Under the pieces are notes generated by a model that saw only the letters and a program-made list of their open reading frames with translations, did no database searches and had not been told where the DNA came from. A stretch of 64,000 nucleotides of DNA. Source: an uncultured Aminicenantes bacterium. GTDB taxonomy: Bacteria; Acidobacteriota; Aminicenantia; UBA2199. Below, one piece after another: positions 29,236-39,693 of this stretch. The first letter of the stretch is position 1, and each line of letters starts with the position of its first letter. The stretch spans positions 64,001-128,000 of the forward strand of contig CBDAFS010000015.1 of the NCBI GenBank assembly GCA_965195285.1. The letters are read 5' to 3'. The position numbers were made by a program, and so were the translations under genes.

Positions 29236-31047
29236 TCAAATGAATTCTGCCAGTTTCATTTCCACCTTTTTTTCAACGGTTTTCAATGCATCTGCCAATT
29301 GATAATCCGGTGATGATTCAATTGACAGGCGCTCCTGCTTGAGAAAGTCGTAAGCGGTCTTTAGAGCCCGGACATAATCCCCCTTTTTGATGACATCCAG
29401 AAAACCGGGTGATTGATGTAATGATTGATTGTTCAGCAGATTGTTCAGATAATCAAACCGGGTTTCAACCTGATTAACCAATGGAAAATGAAATACGCTT
29501 CTGTCGGCTCTCAATATGGTTTTGGTTTTAATCTGTCCTTTGAACCGCTCATTACTGTTCAACAGCTCAAAGAGGGGTGTACTGGAATACGGAATGAGGA
29601 ATGGAGAGTGGGCCAGTATAAAAAATGAAGGGAATTTCATTTTCAAATGAATGATGAGAAGAAACTCCCGGATGAACTCCTCCCAGCTGGAATCATGGTC
29701 ACTGCTGATCCAGTAATGGTAGTTGAGGATACCCTTATTTTCAAATGCATCCAGGAGGGTTTCGATCTGATTTTGATTCGGGATCCATTTTCCCAGTTTT
29801 TTTCCCCTTTTTTTCAAAAAAGTATCGGTGCCCAACCAGAGGAGGGGCCGGTTTTTTACAAACAGGGATGGATCCGAGAGCATTTCTACGATTTCAGGGG
29901 TTAGCTGTTGTTTCCGGTTGAAAAAAGAAGCGATTGAAGTCTGGACTCCCCATAATTTGAAATGGTTTTTTTTGATGGCATGAAAGACTCCAGACGCAAA
30001 GTGAGGATCCTGCAGGATATCATCGTCATTGATATTAATGGTTTTGGCTGGTTCTGGGGCAATTTTATGGAATTTCAGTTTTTCTGAAAATGTTTCCAGC
30101 AAACCGGATATTTTTTCCAGAGGGATTTGTCTCAATGTCCGGCCCTGAACCCGGGAGCAGAATATACAGCCCCGGTTGCACCCCCGGGTTACATTCAATT
30201 CAAGCCCGTTTCCGAAATGGCTGGCATCCAGAAAATCCAGGTTGAAATGAAATTTGCTGAAATTCTGCGGTTGGTTTATATAATCAAAGTCGGAAATAAT
30301 CATTGTCCCTTGGCTTTGAAACAGAAACCCCCTCCATTTGAACAGTTCATCGATATTATTCAGGTGAATGGCCTTCAACAAAGAAGGTAAAATGAATTCT
30401 GATTCTCCCCGGATCATTAAATTGATTTCAGGCAGATGATAAGCGGATTGAAGGGGATTCAGGCTGATTAAGGGTCCACCGGCTACAATCAGGCCCTGGT
30501 ACTGCGGCCTGATTAAATTCAGAAATTCCGAAATATCCATCAAGGAATCTTCATACAGAGTTAATCCCAAGGCATCATAATAGTTCCAGTTCAGGTTCGG
30601 TGGAACAGCGGGAAGCGGGATAATGCGGGTATGGACTTCAAATTCCGCTTCCGATAGAGAAGATCCGAGAAACAGCCAGGCAGTGGGTATTTGGATGGAC
30701 TTCCACCTAATATCTGAGAGCATTGAGGGGTAAATAAGGAGTACTCTGTTTAGAGAATAAGAAAGGGAAATATTCTTTTTCAAGGTAAAGGTATCATGAA
30801 TATCTCTTTTGATGTTGGAAAATCTATGGTCTTTCATTTGAATGCTCATTATATTTTTGTTTATATAAATGGAATTGGAGGAATGGTTTTTATCCAGGTT
30901 GACCTTGATAAAGGTGCAGTGCTTTTCATTCAGTTCTCGCCACTGCTGGATATCCAACAGAATTTCCATCACCTGTGGCGGAGAAAAATCCAGGGGATGA
31001 TACGAAATCAGCCACTTCCCGGTCAATGCATCCTTAAAATTACTCAT
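29236..31047 (-). CDS. Cobalamin-binding-domain radical SAM protein (divergent)
   Basis: IVAGGPLIS and IRGESE, then TRGCNRGCIFC (CxxxCxxC) and INDD. Confidence 0.75.
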   Translation of the reverse strand: MSNFKDALTGKWLISYHPLDFSPPQVMEILLDIQQWRELNEKHCTFIKVNLDKNHSSNSIYINKNIMSIQMKDHRFSNIKRDIHDTFTLKKNISLSYSLNRVLLIYPSMLSDIRWKSIQIPTAWLFLGSSLSEAEFEVHTRIIPLPAVPPNLNWNYYDALGLTLYEDSLMDISEFLNLIRPQYQGLIVAGGPLISLNPLQSAYHLPEINLMIRGESEFILPSLLKAIHLNNIDELFKWRGFLFQSQGTMIISDFDYINQPQNFSKFHFNLDFLDASHFGNGLELNVTRGCNRGCIFCSRVQGRTLRQIPLEKISGLLETFSEKLKFHKIAPEPAKTININDDDILQDPHFASGVFHAIKKNHFKLWGVQTSIASFFNRKQQLTPEIVEMLSDPSLFVKNRPLLWLGTDTFLKKRGKKLGKWIPNQNQIETLLDAFENKGILNYHYWISSDHDSSWEEFIREFLLIIHLKMKFPSFFILAHSPFLIPYSSTPLFELLNSNERFKGQIKTKTILRADRSVFHFPLVNQVETRFDYLNNLLNNQSLHQSPGFLDVIKKGDYVRALKTAYDFLKQERLSIESSPDYQLADALKTVEKKVEMKLAEFI

Positions 31048-31206
31048 GGTTTGCTCTCATTATACACCAAATGGATCGGGTGTTGGACTTGACAATCAAA
31101 ATCAAGGTTCTATAAGTAACTATAAATTACCATGTTTGTTGAGATCCGAAACTCTGGTTTGCGTTATTGATTAAATTGAACTATAGTGGTTGTATTGGTA
31201 TGTGAA

Positions 31207-31581
31207 ATGGAAGATTATATACTTAGCGCTAAAAATTCGGGTTTTAAAACCTGTTCGGTTTGCCGTCAAACCTGGAATGACCGGGCGGAGTTTTTGGCTG
31301 ATCCGGACCTTGAAATAATCGGTTACCAGGTTCATTTCAAAGATTTGAAAAAGGGACTTTTCATGTTCAATCACAGTTGCAATACCAGCCTGGCCATACC
31401 TGCCGAGAAATTTACCGACCTTTACCATGGTGAGATAGTGAAGGAAAGGAAAACCGGGACCGAGGAATGCCCGGGTTACTGCCTGCATAAGGATGAGTTG
31501 CAACCCTGCCCGGCGATATGCGAATGTGCCTATGTCAGGGACATCATTCAGATCATACGCAACTGGCCCAAGAGGGATTAA
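31207..31581 (+). CDS. Small Cys/His-rich putative metal-binding protein
   Basis: CSVC, NHSC and CPGYCLH...CPAICEC in about 124 aa. Confidence 0.7.
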   Translation: MEDYILSAKNSGFKTCSVCRQTWNDRAEFLADPDLEIIGYQVHFKDLKKGLFMFNHSCNTSLAIPAEKFTDLYHGEIVKERKTGTEECPGYCLHKDELQPCPAICECAYVRDIIQIIRNWPKRD

Positions 31582-31589
31582 TCAAAAAG

Positions 31590-33197
31590 TTAGAGTAACA
31601 GATGTAAATATTTAAAGGCTGATTTTTGGGTATAAAGATCTTCTACGTCAATAATAAAGTTATATTTCCCCTTTTTCATCCAATCCATACTTATTTTTAT
31701 GTTTACCTCGGTATTTTCAGGTTTCAGACTTTTGTTTTGGTCGTAAAGCGTTTTATTGTCTTCACCCTTTATTTGAACATGGACATTTACCATTCCCGAT
31801 TTTTTCCCTTCAATTTCCTTTACCAAAAGATCAATTATTGTGAAATAGAGAATGTTGTTTTCAAATTTTACCTTTTCAAGCTTAATATCTGTTATTTCTG
31901 ATTTTCTTTTTTTCAAATAGGTGGATATATAGTCTGCCCTTATATTATCATCATAAAAAACATTATATTTTTTGTTATTTACCTTCACCTTTATCTTTCC
32001 GATTTTATTCGGATTATCAGGGGCATATGTGAGTATATAATAGACATCCACGGTTTCAACTACTCTCTTTAATGAAGTATCCAGTTTATTTGAGACCAGC
32101 AGTTCCCCTCCGGTTTTTTCAGTGATCAGGCGAAGACAGTTTTCCAGATCGGTATTGATTTCACTGAATTCCAGATCTTTGGATAACACATTGTTATAGG
32201 ATGTGAAAAAAAGTGAGTGAAATGTGGCATTGGCTTTATAAAAAAGTTTACTGATTTCTTCGGAGGGAAAATCATTTGAAACCTTTAATTCCCGATCTGC
32301 GGTATTTAATAGCTTTGAAATGATTCTTGATTTGACAGCATCCTCACTTCTTCCCATTTGCAAGTTCATGATCAAAGCCCGGATTGACGATCTCATTTCT
32401 CCGGTGAATTTGAGTTCGGGAAATTTTTCAAACTGATAAAAGGAAATGACCCATTTTTCCAGGTCGATTTTTTCAAGCAAATGGGCGAAATTATAAAACG
32501 TATCAATATCGGGAATCAAATATTTCTTTTTATACTCTTTCCAGATAGCCAAATAGTTATTCATAAACAGGATGACATCATTGGCATTCATTCCCCCTTC
32601 TTGATTTCTGTTCGACAATAAAACTTTTAAACGGCTAAGATCAATAGCATGACTTACCCGTTGAAAATATGTATTGAAGCGGATTCTGGCATTTTTGCAT
32701 TGTAATTTTAATACCTTTTCGATAATAGGATATAACTCAGAAATGTCCGGTATTTGATTGAAATACATGGTTTTATCATTTATAAATAACAGCAACTTGT
32801 CCTCTTTGTACAAAATATTTTGGATGAAATTTTTGATGCTTTTTTTTAAATTGGGATTAAAATTCGAAACCCGGAAAACCAGGACAAAATATCTGGGTTT
32901 TCTTTTTACGACTCTATCGGCTGTCAGATCATATTTTTGATGCTTGATTATTTTTCTTACCGAATAAAATCCATGGATATCCTGTTCTATTCCGTTTTCA
33001 TATAGTTTGAAATCGGATTTTTTGAGGTTGGCAATCGCTTTCCCCTTGATCATGATCCTGACTGGCACTTCTACGTTCACGACTCTTACCTCTTCTCTGA
33101 TTTCATCCTGACCATGTTGGGCAAGAACCATCGGGGTAGAGAGGGCCATCAATAAAATAAACAGAAGCAAATAAAAAATGTTTATGATTTTACCCAT
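31590..33197 (-). CDS. Secreted VWA-like protein of Acidobacteria/Aminicenantes type
   Basis: Signal peptide, EEVRVVNVEVPVR, L.KSDFKLYENG.EQ, TGG and YYILTY.P. Confidence 0.7.
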   Translation of the reverse strand: MGKIINIFYLLLFILLMALSTPMVLAQHGQDEIREEVRVVNVEVPVRIMIKGKAIANLKKSDFKLYENGIEQDIHGFYSVRKIIKHQKYDLTADRVVKRKPRYFVLVFRVSNFNPNLKKSIKNFIQNILYKEDKLLLFINDKTMYFNQIPDISELYPIIEKVLKLQCKNARIRFNTYFQRVSHAIDLSRLKVLLSNRNQEGGMNANDVILFMNNYLAIWKEYKKKYLIPDIDTFYNFAHLLEKIDLEKWVISFYQFEKFPELKFTGEMRSSIRALIMNLQMGRSEDAVKSRIISKLLNTADRELKVSNDFPSEEISKLFYKANATFHSLFFTSYNNVLSKDLEFSEINTDLENCLRLITEKTGGELLVSNKLDTSLKRVVETVDVYYILTYAPDNPNKIGKIKVKVNNKKYNVFYDDNIRADYISTYLKKRKSEITDIKLEKVKFENNILYFTIIDLLVKEIEGKKSGMVNVHVQIKGEDNKTLYDQNKSLKPENTEVNIKISMDWMKKGKYNFIIDVEDLYTQKSAFKYLHLLL

Positions 33198-33339
33198 ATC
33201 CTTATCTCCTTATGTTCAGAATAAATGTAAAAGTCAATTTTTGTTTAATATTTAATTACCGTTTAATTGGATATAAAGTTAGTCGATTTCTGAAACAGAC
33301 GAATAGTGTGGGGGTTTTTTCAGTACAGTCCTTGTCGGA

Positions 33340-34233
33340 TTATCGTACATTCTCATTTGTTATTAAAATATCGATTATTTCCTGTATGATATTTTCAGAT
33401 TGTGATTTGGAAAAACTGCAGGATCCGGCCCCGTGATGTCCCCCGCCACCGAACCGGGAACAGAGCGCTCCGATATTCACCTGACAGGTTTTGTTAAAAA
33501 TACTGTGTCCGATACTGACAATAACCGTATCCCGGTTTGTTACATCAAAACGGATTTTCAGGTTAACCGACGTGTCTGGATAGATTGAAAAAACCAGGAA
33601 ACGGTTGCCACCGGGATAGGTTTCAAATGATCTGAAATCGGTTATACTCACCTGTTTGATGATACGGGTATTCTCCTGCAGTACTTTTAAATATTTGCGG
33701 TTTTCAACGATTACGGATTTGGCGCGTTTTTTTACCTCCGGGTCTTTGAGAATTTGATTGATATCTTTAAATCTGAGCAGATTGACCAGCCGGTCCCAGT
33801 AGGGACGGTCACTGACTCTAAAACTGTGAATGGTGCTGGATAGCATGATATAAGGGTAATTTTCCGGATTAAGAACTTCATTAAGGCTTAAATCCGCCGA
33901 ATCGATTTTATCAGTAGCTTGAACCAGAGGGTTGAAATCCCTGATAAATTCTTTGTGGTAGTATTCAAAGATAATTCGGGCTGCAGAGGGGGAAACCCGG
34001 AAACAGCCCTGGAAAGGCCGGTCTATGCGGTTGGAGAGATGGTGGTCGAACCATAAGGAACACCTTTCATCAAAGGCCATATTGGCAATGATGTCTCCCG
34101 ATTGAATATCGATCAAACCCCGATGTATCTGATTGGGTTCCACCCATTCCACGGGACCCGTGATATCCAGAGCCTCGATCAAAAGTACAGCGCAAACAAT
34201 ACCGTCAAAATCAGGACGGGTAACAATTCTCAC
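33340..34233 (-). CDS. DHH/DHHA1 phosphoesterase (exopolyphosphatase/nanoRNase-like)
   Basis: TRPDFDG, FDHH, PSAAR and GGGGHHGAG. Confidence 0.85.
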   Translation of the reverse strand: MRIVTRPDFDGIVCAVLLIEALDITGPVEWVEPNQIHRGLIDIQSGDIIANMAFDERCSLWFDHHLSNRIDRPFQGCFRVSPSAARIIFEYYHKEFIRDFNPLVQATDKIDSADLSLNEVLNPENYPYIMLSSTIHSFRVSDRPYWDRLVNLLRFKDINQILKDPEVKKRAKSVIVENRKYLKVLQENTRIIKQVSITDFRSFETYPGGNRFLVFSIYPDTSVNLKIRFDVTNRDTVIVSIGHSIFNKTCQVNIGALCSRFGGGGHHGAGSCSFSKSQSENIIQEIIDILITNENVR

Positions 34234-34267
34234 GCCAAAGACTCTTTAGATTGCTGGCTATAAAATA

Positions 34268-34540
34268 TTATGATGATTCGGGTTTTTCCGGGGGTTTATA
34301 ATCATCAAAATTTTCAATGATTTCTAAATTGAACCGTCTTTTTTGTTTCATGCCGGCAGCTGCCAGAATGATTCGGATGGCCCTTGCCGTTCTGCCCTGC
34401 TTGCCAATGACCTTGCCGAGATCGGATTGGTGTACCCTCAATTCCAGAATACTGGTTTGTTCACCGTCGATCTGGGTGACCTTGACATCATCGGGCATGT
34501 CAACCAATGCCTTACATACTGTTTCCACGAGTTCTTTCAC
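34268..34540 (-). CDS. khpA: KH-domain RNA-binding protein KhpA
   Basis: ALVD.PDDV and [26 protein letters not shown] before GTG. Confidence 0.93.
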   Translation of the reverse strand: MKELVETVCKALVDMPDDVKVTQIDGEQTSILELRVHQSDLGKVIGKQGRTARAIRIILAAAGMKQKRRFNLEIIENFDDYKPPEKPESS

Positions 34541-34738
34541 TTTGGTCTCCTTATTGATCGGATTTTGCTTTCATTGTGTAGAATTTACCGCTGGAATCAC
34601 CAAACACCTATTAGGAAAATCCATTCTAACCATATAATTATTGTGCAATAAATCTTTCAGGTTGTCAATCTAAATCATAGAAAATCAATTTTATTCCGTA
34701 AATTTGTAAACAGGCCCTCTTTCTGCTATACTCTGGTC

Positions 34739-36916
34739 ATGAAAATATTAAAGCGTAACCAATCAATGTTGTTGTGTATTATCATGTTTACCGTGGTGTT
34801 GTTTGTCCAGAATCCCTTTCTGAAAGCAGACAATCAGGAAAACCAGAAGGAAGCGGTTGTTCAGGACCAACCCGTGGCCGATAATCCTTTTTTCAAGCCA
34901 TTTGACACTCCCTTTGGATTGCCACCATTTGATCAGATTCGGAATGAGCATTTTTTCCCTACCTTTGTTAAAAGTATGCAGGATGAAGTGGCTGAAATCG
35001 AGGTCATTATCAACAATCCGGAAGCACCTACCTTTGAAAATACGCTGGAAGCCATGGAAAAGACCGGTGAGTTGTTATCAAATGTGGCTCAGGTTTTTTT
35101 CCATTTATACGGTGTGGATAACAATGATGAACGAAAACAGATCGCCGTAAAAGTGATTCCCCTGTTGAGCAAACACCGCAGTTTTATCACCTTAAATGAT
35201 AAATTGTTTGCCAGGGTCAAAGCGGTTCATAAGCAGAAAGACAATCTTGAATTGAAAGCGGAACAGAAAAAATTACTTGAAGAAACTTACAAGGCGTTTG
35301 TACGCAGCGGTGCAAACCTGGATCCCGATGGTAAGGAAAAGGTAAAGAAAATAGATGCGGAATTGTCTGTTCTTGGGTTGAAATTCAGAAATAATCTTTT
35401 AACCGAAACCAACAGCTTCAAGATGTTTCTGGATAAAGAAGAAGATCTGGAAGGCCTTCCTTCCTCGGTAATCGAAGCAGCGGCCGTAGTAGCTGAAAAA
35501 GCCGGGCACAAGGGAAAATGGTTGTTTACCCTGCACAAACCGAGTTGGATACCCTTTCTCCAGTATTCCAAGAAGCGGGAACTCAGGGAAAAGCTGTACA
35601 AGGGGTATATCAATCGCGGGGACAATGATAATGAATTTGATAACAAGAAGATCATTGCCAAAATAGCCTCCCTCCGGGTCAAGAAAGCCCATATCATGGG
35701 ATACAAAACACATGCCGATTTCAGGCTGGAAGTCAATATGTCCAAGACCCCGGCCAATGTGTATAAGCTGCTCGATCAGTTGTGGATCCCGACTCTGAAA
35801 ATGGCCAAGAACGAGGCCAAGATCCTTCAGTCCATGATTGACAAAAAGGGTGGTGATTTCAAACTTCAATCCTGGGACTGGTGGTACTATACGGAAAAAC
35901 TGAGAAAGGAAACATATGCACTGGATGATGATCTGCTCAGACCATATTTTGAGCTTAACAATGTCAGGGAGGGTGCTTTCTATGTGGCCAACAAACTGTA
36001 CGGCCTTCAATTTGTGGAAAAAACCGATATCCCCAATTATCATAAGGATGCCCAGGTTTTTGAAGTACTGGAAGCCGATGGCAGCCATCTCGGTATCCTC
36101 TATACCGATTATTACTATCGGGAAAGCAAACGGGGTGGAGCCTGGTGTGGAGGATTGAGGGATCAATCCAATATCAGCGACAAGAAAGTCCATCCGGTGG
36201 TAACCAATGTGTGCAACTTTTCTCCCCCTGTGGGTGACAAACCCTCTCTGCTAACCTATGAACAAGTTTCTACTCTGTTTCATGAATTCGGACATGCCCT
36301 TCATGCCCTGTGCAATAAAACCACTTATCCAAGCCTGGCTTATCCGCCCTGGGATTTTATTGAATTGCCTTCCCAGATTATGGAGCACTGGTGTGCCGAG
36401 CCTGAAGTCATGAAGATTTATGCCCGTCACTATAAAACCAATGAAGTCATTCCCCAGGAATTGATAGAAAAACTGCAGAATAGCAGCCTATTTAACCAGG
36501 GTTTCATCACTCTGGAATACCTGGCTGCCTGTTACCTGGATCTGAACTGGCATACCTTATCCGAACCCATTGAAATGGATACCGAAAGTTTTGAAGACAG
36601 CTACCTCAAAAAAATCGGTTTGATACCCGAGATTATTTCCCGTTACCGCAGCACCTATTTTGCCCATATTATCGGTGGATATGATGCCGGTTATTACGCT
36701 TATATCTGGGCCGAAGTCTTGGATTGTGATGCCTTTGAGGCATTCAAGGAAACCAGTCTGTTTGATAAGGAAACCGCCAAGCGTTTTCGGGATAATGTTC
36801 TGGCCAAAGGCGGAATGGAAGATCCCATGGTCCTGTACAAACGGTTTCGGGGAGCAGAACCCAAGATAGACGGGCTGTTGGAAAAACGTGGACTGAACCA
36901 GAAAACAGAAGAATAA
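34739..36916 (+). CDS. dcp: M3-family metallopeptidase (peptidyl-dipeptidase Dcp-like), secreted
   Basis: Signal peptide, KRGGAW, FHEFGHALH, ELPSQ and YAYIWAEVL. Confidence 0.9.
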   Translation: MKILKRNQSMLLCIIMFTVVLFVQNPFLKADNQENQKEAVVQDQPVADNPFFKPFDTPFGLPPFDQIRNEHFFPTFVKSMQDEVAEIEVIINNPEAPTFENTLEAMEKTGELLSNVAQVFFHLYGVDNNDERKQIAVKVIPLLSKHRSFITLNDKLFARVKAVHKQKDNLELKAEQKKLLEETYKAFVRSGANLDPDGKEKVKKIDAELSVLGLKFRNNLLTETNSFKMFLDKEEDLEGLPSSVIEAAAVVAEKAGHKGKWLFTLHKPSWIPFLQYSKKRELREKLYKGYINRGDNDNEFDNKKIIAKIASLRVKKAHIMGYKTHADFRLEVNMSKTPANVYKLLDQLWIPTLKMAKNEAKILQSMIDKKGGDFKLQSWDWWYYTEKLRKETYALDDDLLRPYFELNNVREGAFYVANKLYGLQFVEKTDIPNYHKDAQVFEVLEADGSHLGILYTDYYYRESKRGGAWCGGLRDQSNISDKKVHPVVTNVCNFSPPVGDKPSLLTYEQVSTLFHEFGHALHALCNKTTYPSLAYPPWDFIELPSQIMEHWCAEPEVMKIYARHYKTNEVIPQELIEKLQNSSLFNQGFITLEYLAACYLDLNWHTLSEPIEMDTESFEDSYLKKIGLIPEIISRYRSTYFAHIIGGYDAGYYAYIWAEVLDCDAFEAFKETSLFDKETAKRFRDNVLAKGGMEDPMVLYKRFRGAEPKIDGLLEKRGLNQKTEE

Positions 36917-37176
36917 GTCCTATAAGATAGCGGGAATTTTAGCGGTCAGGGAAGTTTTCCTGTCCATATAATAATCAAATAGCCGTCAACTGTCGAATTT
37001 CAGATACAGTTTGTTGTTAAATGTCTCAATCCTTTCCGGAACAGGGTGGAAAACAAATTGGTTCCCCGGACGTATTAAGGATGGGCATCAGTAAGCGGAA
37101 GGCCAAATGATCAAAAAAACACCGGTTTTTTTACTCTCATCATTCAGGCGGTAAATCATGAATGGGGTATTGGCGA

Positions 37177-37911
37177 TCAGATTACGTCGATAACCCCGGC
37201 CAGTGGTCCTTCGAAATCGGGTACAGGCAGGGGCTGGGAGGAATTACTACGGATTTGGGCGGACAGGGAGAATGAGGTATACCCCTGGATCTGGGAATCG
37301 GTGGTCATGTAAGTCTTCATTCCGGTTTCACCGGCAATCATGTCATTCAGGGGATCATTGCCCACCATAAGGCAGTGTTCTGGCTGAAGGCCGATTTTTT
37401 GACAGATTTCCCGGAAATATTTAGGCTGGGGTTTACAATAAACACTGTTCTCGATGTGGGTAATCCATGAGTAGGGCAGGGTATCCACCCCGGCCCAGGC
37501 CAGGCGGATCATCTGGACTGACAGCGGCCAGAGGGGATTTGAGGCGGCAACCAGTTTGATACCCCGCTCACTGATGGTTTTCAGCAGGTCATGGGTTCCC
37601 TTGATCGTTTCGACCATGGTGCCCAACTGATCGAATTCCGTGGCATAGAAATCCTCAAAGCGGCTCCAGAATTCCGGTTTCAGGTTTTCCATATCCCGGC
37701 TGAAATGATTCAGGTAATAATCGGCATTGGATATCAGGCCCTGGTTGTCCAGCAGGGCCCTGGTGGCTCCGATCAGGCGCTTTTGGAAAGTGTCGGCAGT
37801 GAAAATGTCAAGGAATTTCGGGGTCAGCCGGGTCATATAGGCCTTGAAAAAGGCATTTTCATCGAATAGAATCAGGGTGTTGTCGATATCAAACAGCACG
37901 GCTTCTATCAT
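37177..37911 (-). CDS. HAD-superfamily hydrolase
   Basis: AVLFDIDNTL, ASNP, KPQP and MVGND..ND. Start moved to ATG 37911. Confidence 0.88.
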   Translation of the reverse strand: MIEAVLFDIDNTLILFDENAFFKAYMTRLTPKFLDIFTADTFQKRLIGATRALLDNQGLISNADYYLNHFSRDMENLKPEFWSRFEDFYATEFDQLGTMVETIKGTHDLLKTISERGIKLVAASNPLWPLSVQMIRLAWAGVDTLPYSWITHIENSVYCKPQPKYFREICQKIGLQPEHCLMVGNDPLNDMIAGETGMKTYMTTDSQIQGYTSFSLSAQIRSNSSQPLPVPDFEGPLAGVIDVI

Positions 37912-38028
37912 CGGTTTCTCCTGAAGTGAATTCAATATATATTGATTACTTGCTGGGTACATTGATATTTTAAGAAGAAGTTGAATAGAAATCAATCCAA
38001 AAAAGTAAAAAAATAAACAATCTGGAAT

Positions 38029-38283
38029 TCAAATATTGCTGAGATAGGTGATTTTTTTGATTCGAGATAGTTTTTTGGTATGGTATTCAATCTGATAGGC
38101 CTTTTTCTTGTTCAGGGTCCGGGTATTAACCAGCAACCGCACTGGCCAGCGGGAGCGGGTATATTTGGAGCCGGTTCCCCGGTTGTGTTCCTGAATTCGA
38201 TCCGTTAAGCGAATGGCCTGGCAGGTACCGCAGTAGTAAGTATGATCCGAACATTCCAGTAAATAAACGGTCCAAGTTTCCAT
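38029..38283 (-). CDS. Small GIY-YIG nuclease (UPF0213/YazA-like)
   Basis: VYLLECSDHTYYCG, RI.EHN.G.GSKYTRSR.PV and A..IE...K. Confidence 0.85.
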   Translation of the reverse strand: METWTVYLLECSDHTYYCGTCQAIRLTDRIQEHNRGTGSKYTRSRWPVRLLVNTRTLNKKKAYQIEYHTKKLSRIKKITYLSNI

Positions 38284-38679
38284 TTTGGGGTTTTCTTACA
38301 TCAAATTATATAGAGAAATCTATTGAAAATCAAAAAATTTATTTGAATTTTTTGGCAAAAATTTGGCACAGTTTATGATAATGTAATAATGAAAGAACTA
38401 ACCCCAGAATTTTTTATTGTTTTTTGTTATTATTTATGTTATCTTTGCTAAGAAAAAAATGTGACAGTTGTAATCCCTCCGCTTTATGATATAAGTGCAG
38501 TTCTGAATATTCTTGAACATAAACATATTTTTTTGAGCTTTAAGAAAAAGCATCAACATTTACCGACATTTATCAAACTTCCTTTAGCTGCTTTTACTCA
38601 AAAATACCTTGGTCAAATTAATCGTGGATAGTGGTAAGAACATAGACCAAAATTCTCTATAGTTCACGTGTAGCTAATC

Positions 38680-39174
38680 ATGAGCGCTTACCTTAATGAA
38701 CTATGGAAAATGGTTGTTTTTATTGGAATCCAATATACATTGGGTCGCAGGGGATCTTACCCCTATGGCTTACTGGTTCATTTCAGTCTGGTAAAGATCA
38801 CCATAATTGTAGTGATTAGCGATGTCATTCAGACGATTGCATTGCTATACCTTTTTGAATATTCTTTTGACAAAATTCCAATATTAAAAAAATTAAAGCA
38901 CTGCCTGACAAAAAAAAAAAAAAAGAAATATCCAAATGGAAAATCAAAAAAATCCTTTTGGGAAAAAATTACAAAATGGAGAGAAGTCGGTGTTGTCATT
39001 ATTGCTGCCTTGCCTTACGGTGGAGGAGCATTATCCGGAAGTATCCTGGCTTATTCCATGAAAATGAAGAAAAAAAAGGCATTTTTTTTTATTATTCTTG
39101 GTTGTATTATCGGTTCAACGCTCTATTACCTGGGCTTTTATGGAATAATTGAGATAATAGATAAAATTAAATAA
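38680..39174 (+). CDS. Small multi-drug-export-like membrane protein
   Basis: About 4 hydrophobic segments and ALPYGGGALSGSILAY. Contains an A15 run. Confidence 0.55.
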   Translation: MSAYLNELWKMVVFIGIQYTLGRRGSYPYGLLVHFSLVKITIIVVISDVIQTIALLYLFEYSFDKIPILKKLKHCLTKKKKKKYPNGKSKKSFWEKITKWREVGVVIIAALPYGGGALSGSILAYSMKMKKKKAFFFIILGCIIGSTLYYLGFYGIIEIIDKIK

Positions 39175-39224
39175 CATGGGTAGGTCAGAGGAAATTGATA
39201 TCGGGTAAAATCGATACCATTTTT

Positions 39225-39495
39225 TTAAGATAATAAAACCTTCTCATAACTTCTTAAAAGTGCTAAATTAACTGATTGCCAACTCTTGTTTTTGGCAGAC
39301 TCTTTTGCCACTTCTCCCATCAGTTTCATACTACTTGTGTCTTTTAATAAAAACTCAATTTTTTCAACAAAATCTCTCGGTGAATTGGCTTTGGCAATAA
39401 GGTCATCGAGATCTTTTTCTTTGACCAATCGGCCAACATATAACAGAATGGGGTGGTCATTTGCATTTATAGATTTCCGTATATCATCGTTTTTT
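39225..39495 (-). pseudogene. Glycosyltransferase family 4 remnant with internal deletion
   Basis: The frame reads ...PILLYVGRLVKEKDLDDLI fused directly to AKANSPRDFVEKIEFLL...SWQSV. No N-domain and no Ex7E motif. Confidence 0.7.
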
Positions 39496-39693
39496 CTGGT
39501 CTATCATCTATTCAATCATCTGTCTTATTTTGTGATGTTTTCTATCAATTTGTTTTGTTTTTAAACAATATTATACTATTTATTGATTCTGTTTTCGAGA
39601 GGCATTACCAATAAAAATCGCTCAATATAATTATAAAAGCATAGCAAAGAATTGGAAAAATATTTTACTTAGGCTAAAATTAGATTTGAAAAA

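Noticed and set aside
34541-34640. rpsP (S16) expected upstream of khpA
   Set aside because: The minus-strand frame gives only MVRMDFPNRCLVIPAVNSTQ, with no S16 motifs.
36920-37160. Selenoprotein or readthrough ORF on the minus strand with two in-frame TGA codons
   Set aside because: No recognisable family, no redox motif and no evident SECIS-like hairpin. More likely decayed or non-coding DNA.
37820-37827. GGGGTCAG inside the HAD gene as another island motif
   Set aside because: Only the 8-mer matches, it lacks the GTCT extension, and it lies in an intact coding frame, so it is expected by chance.
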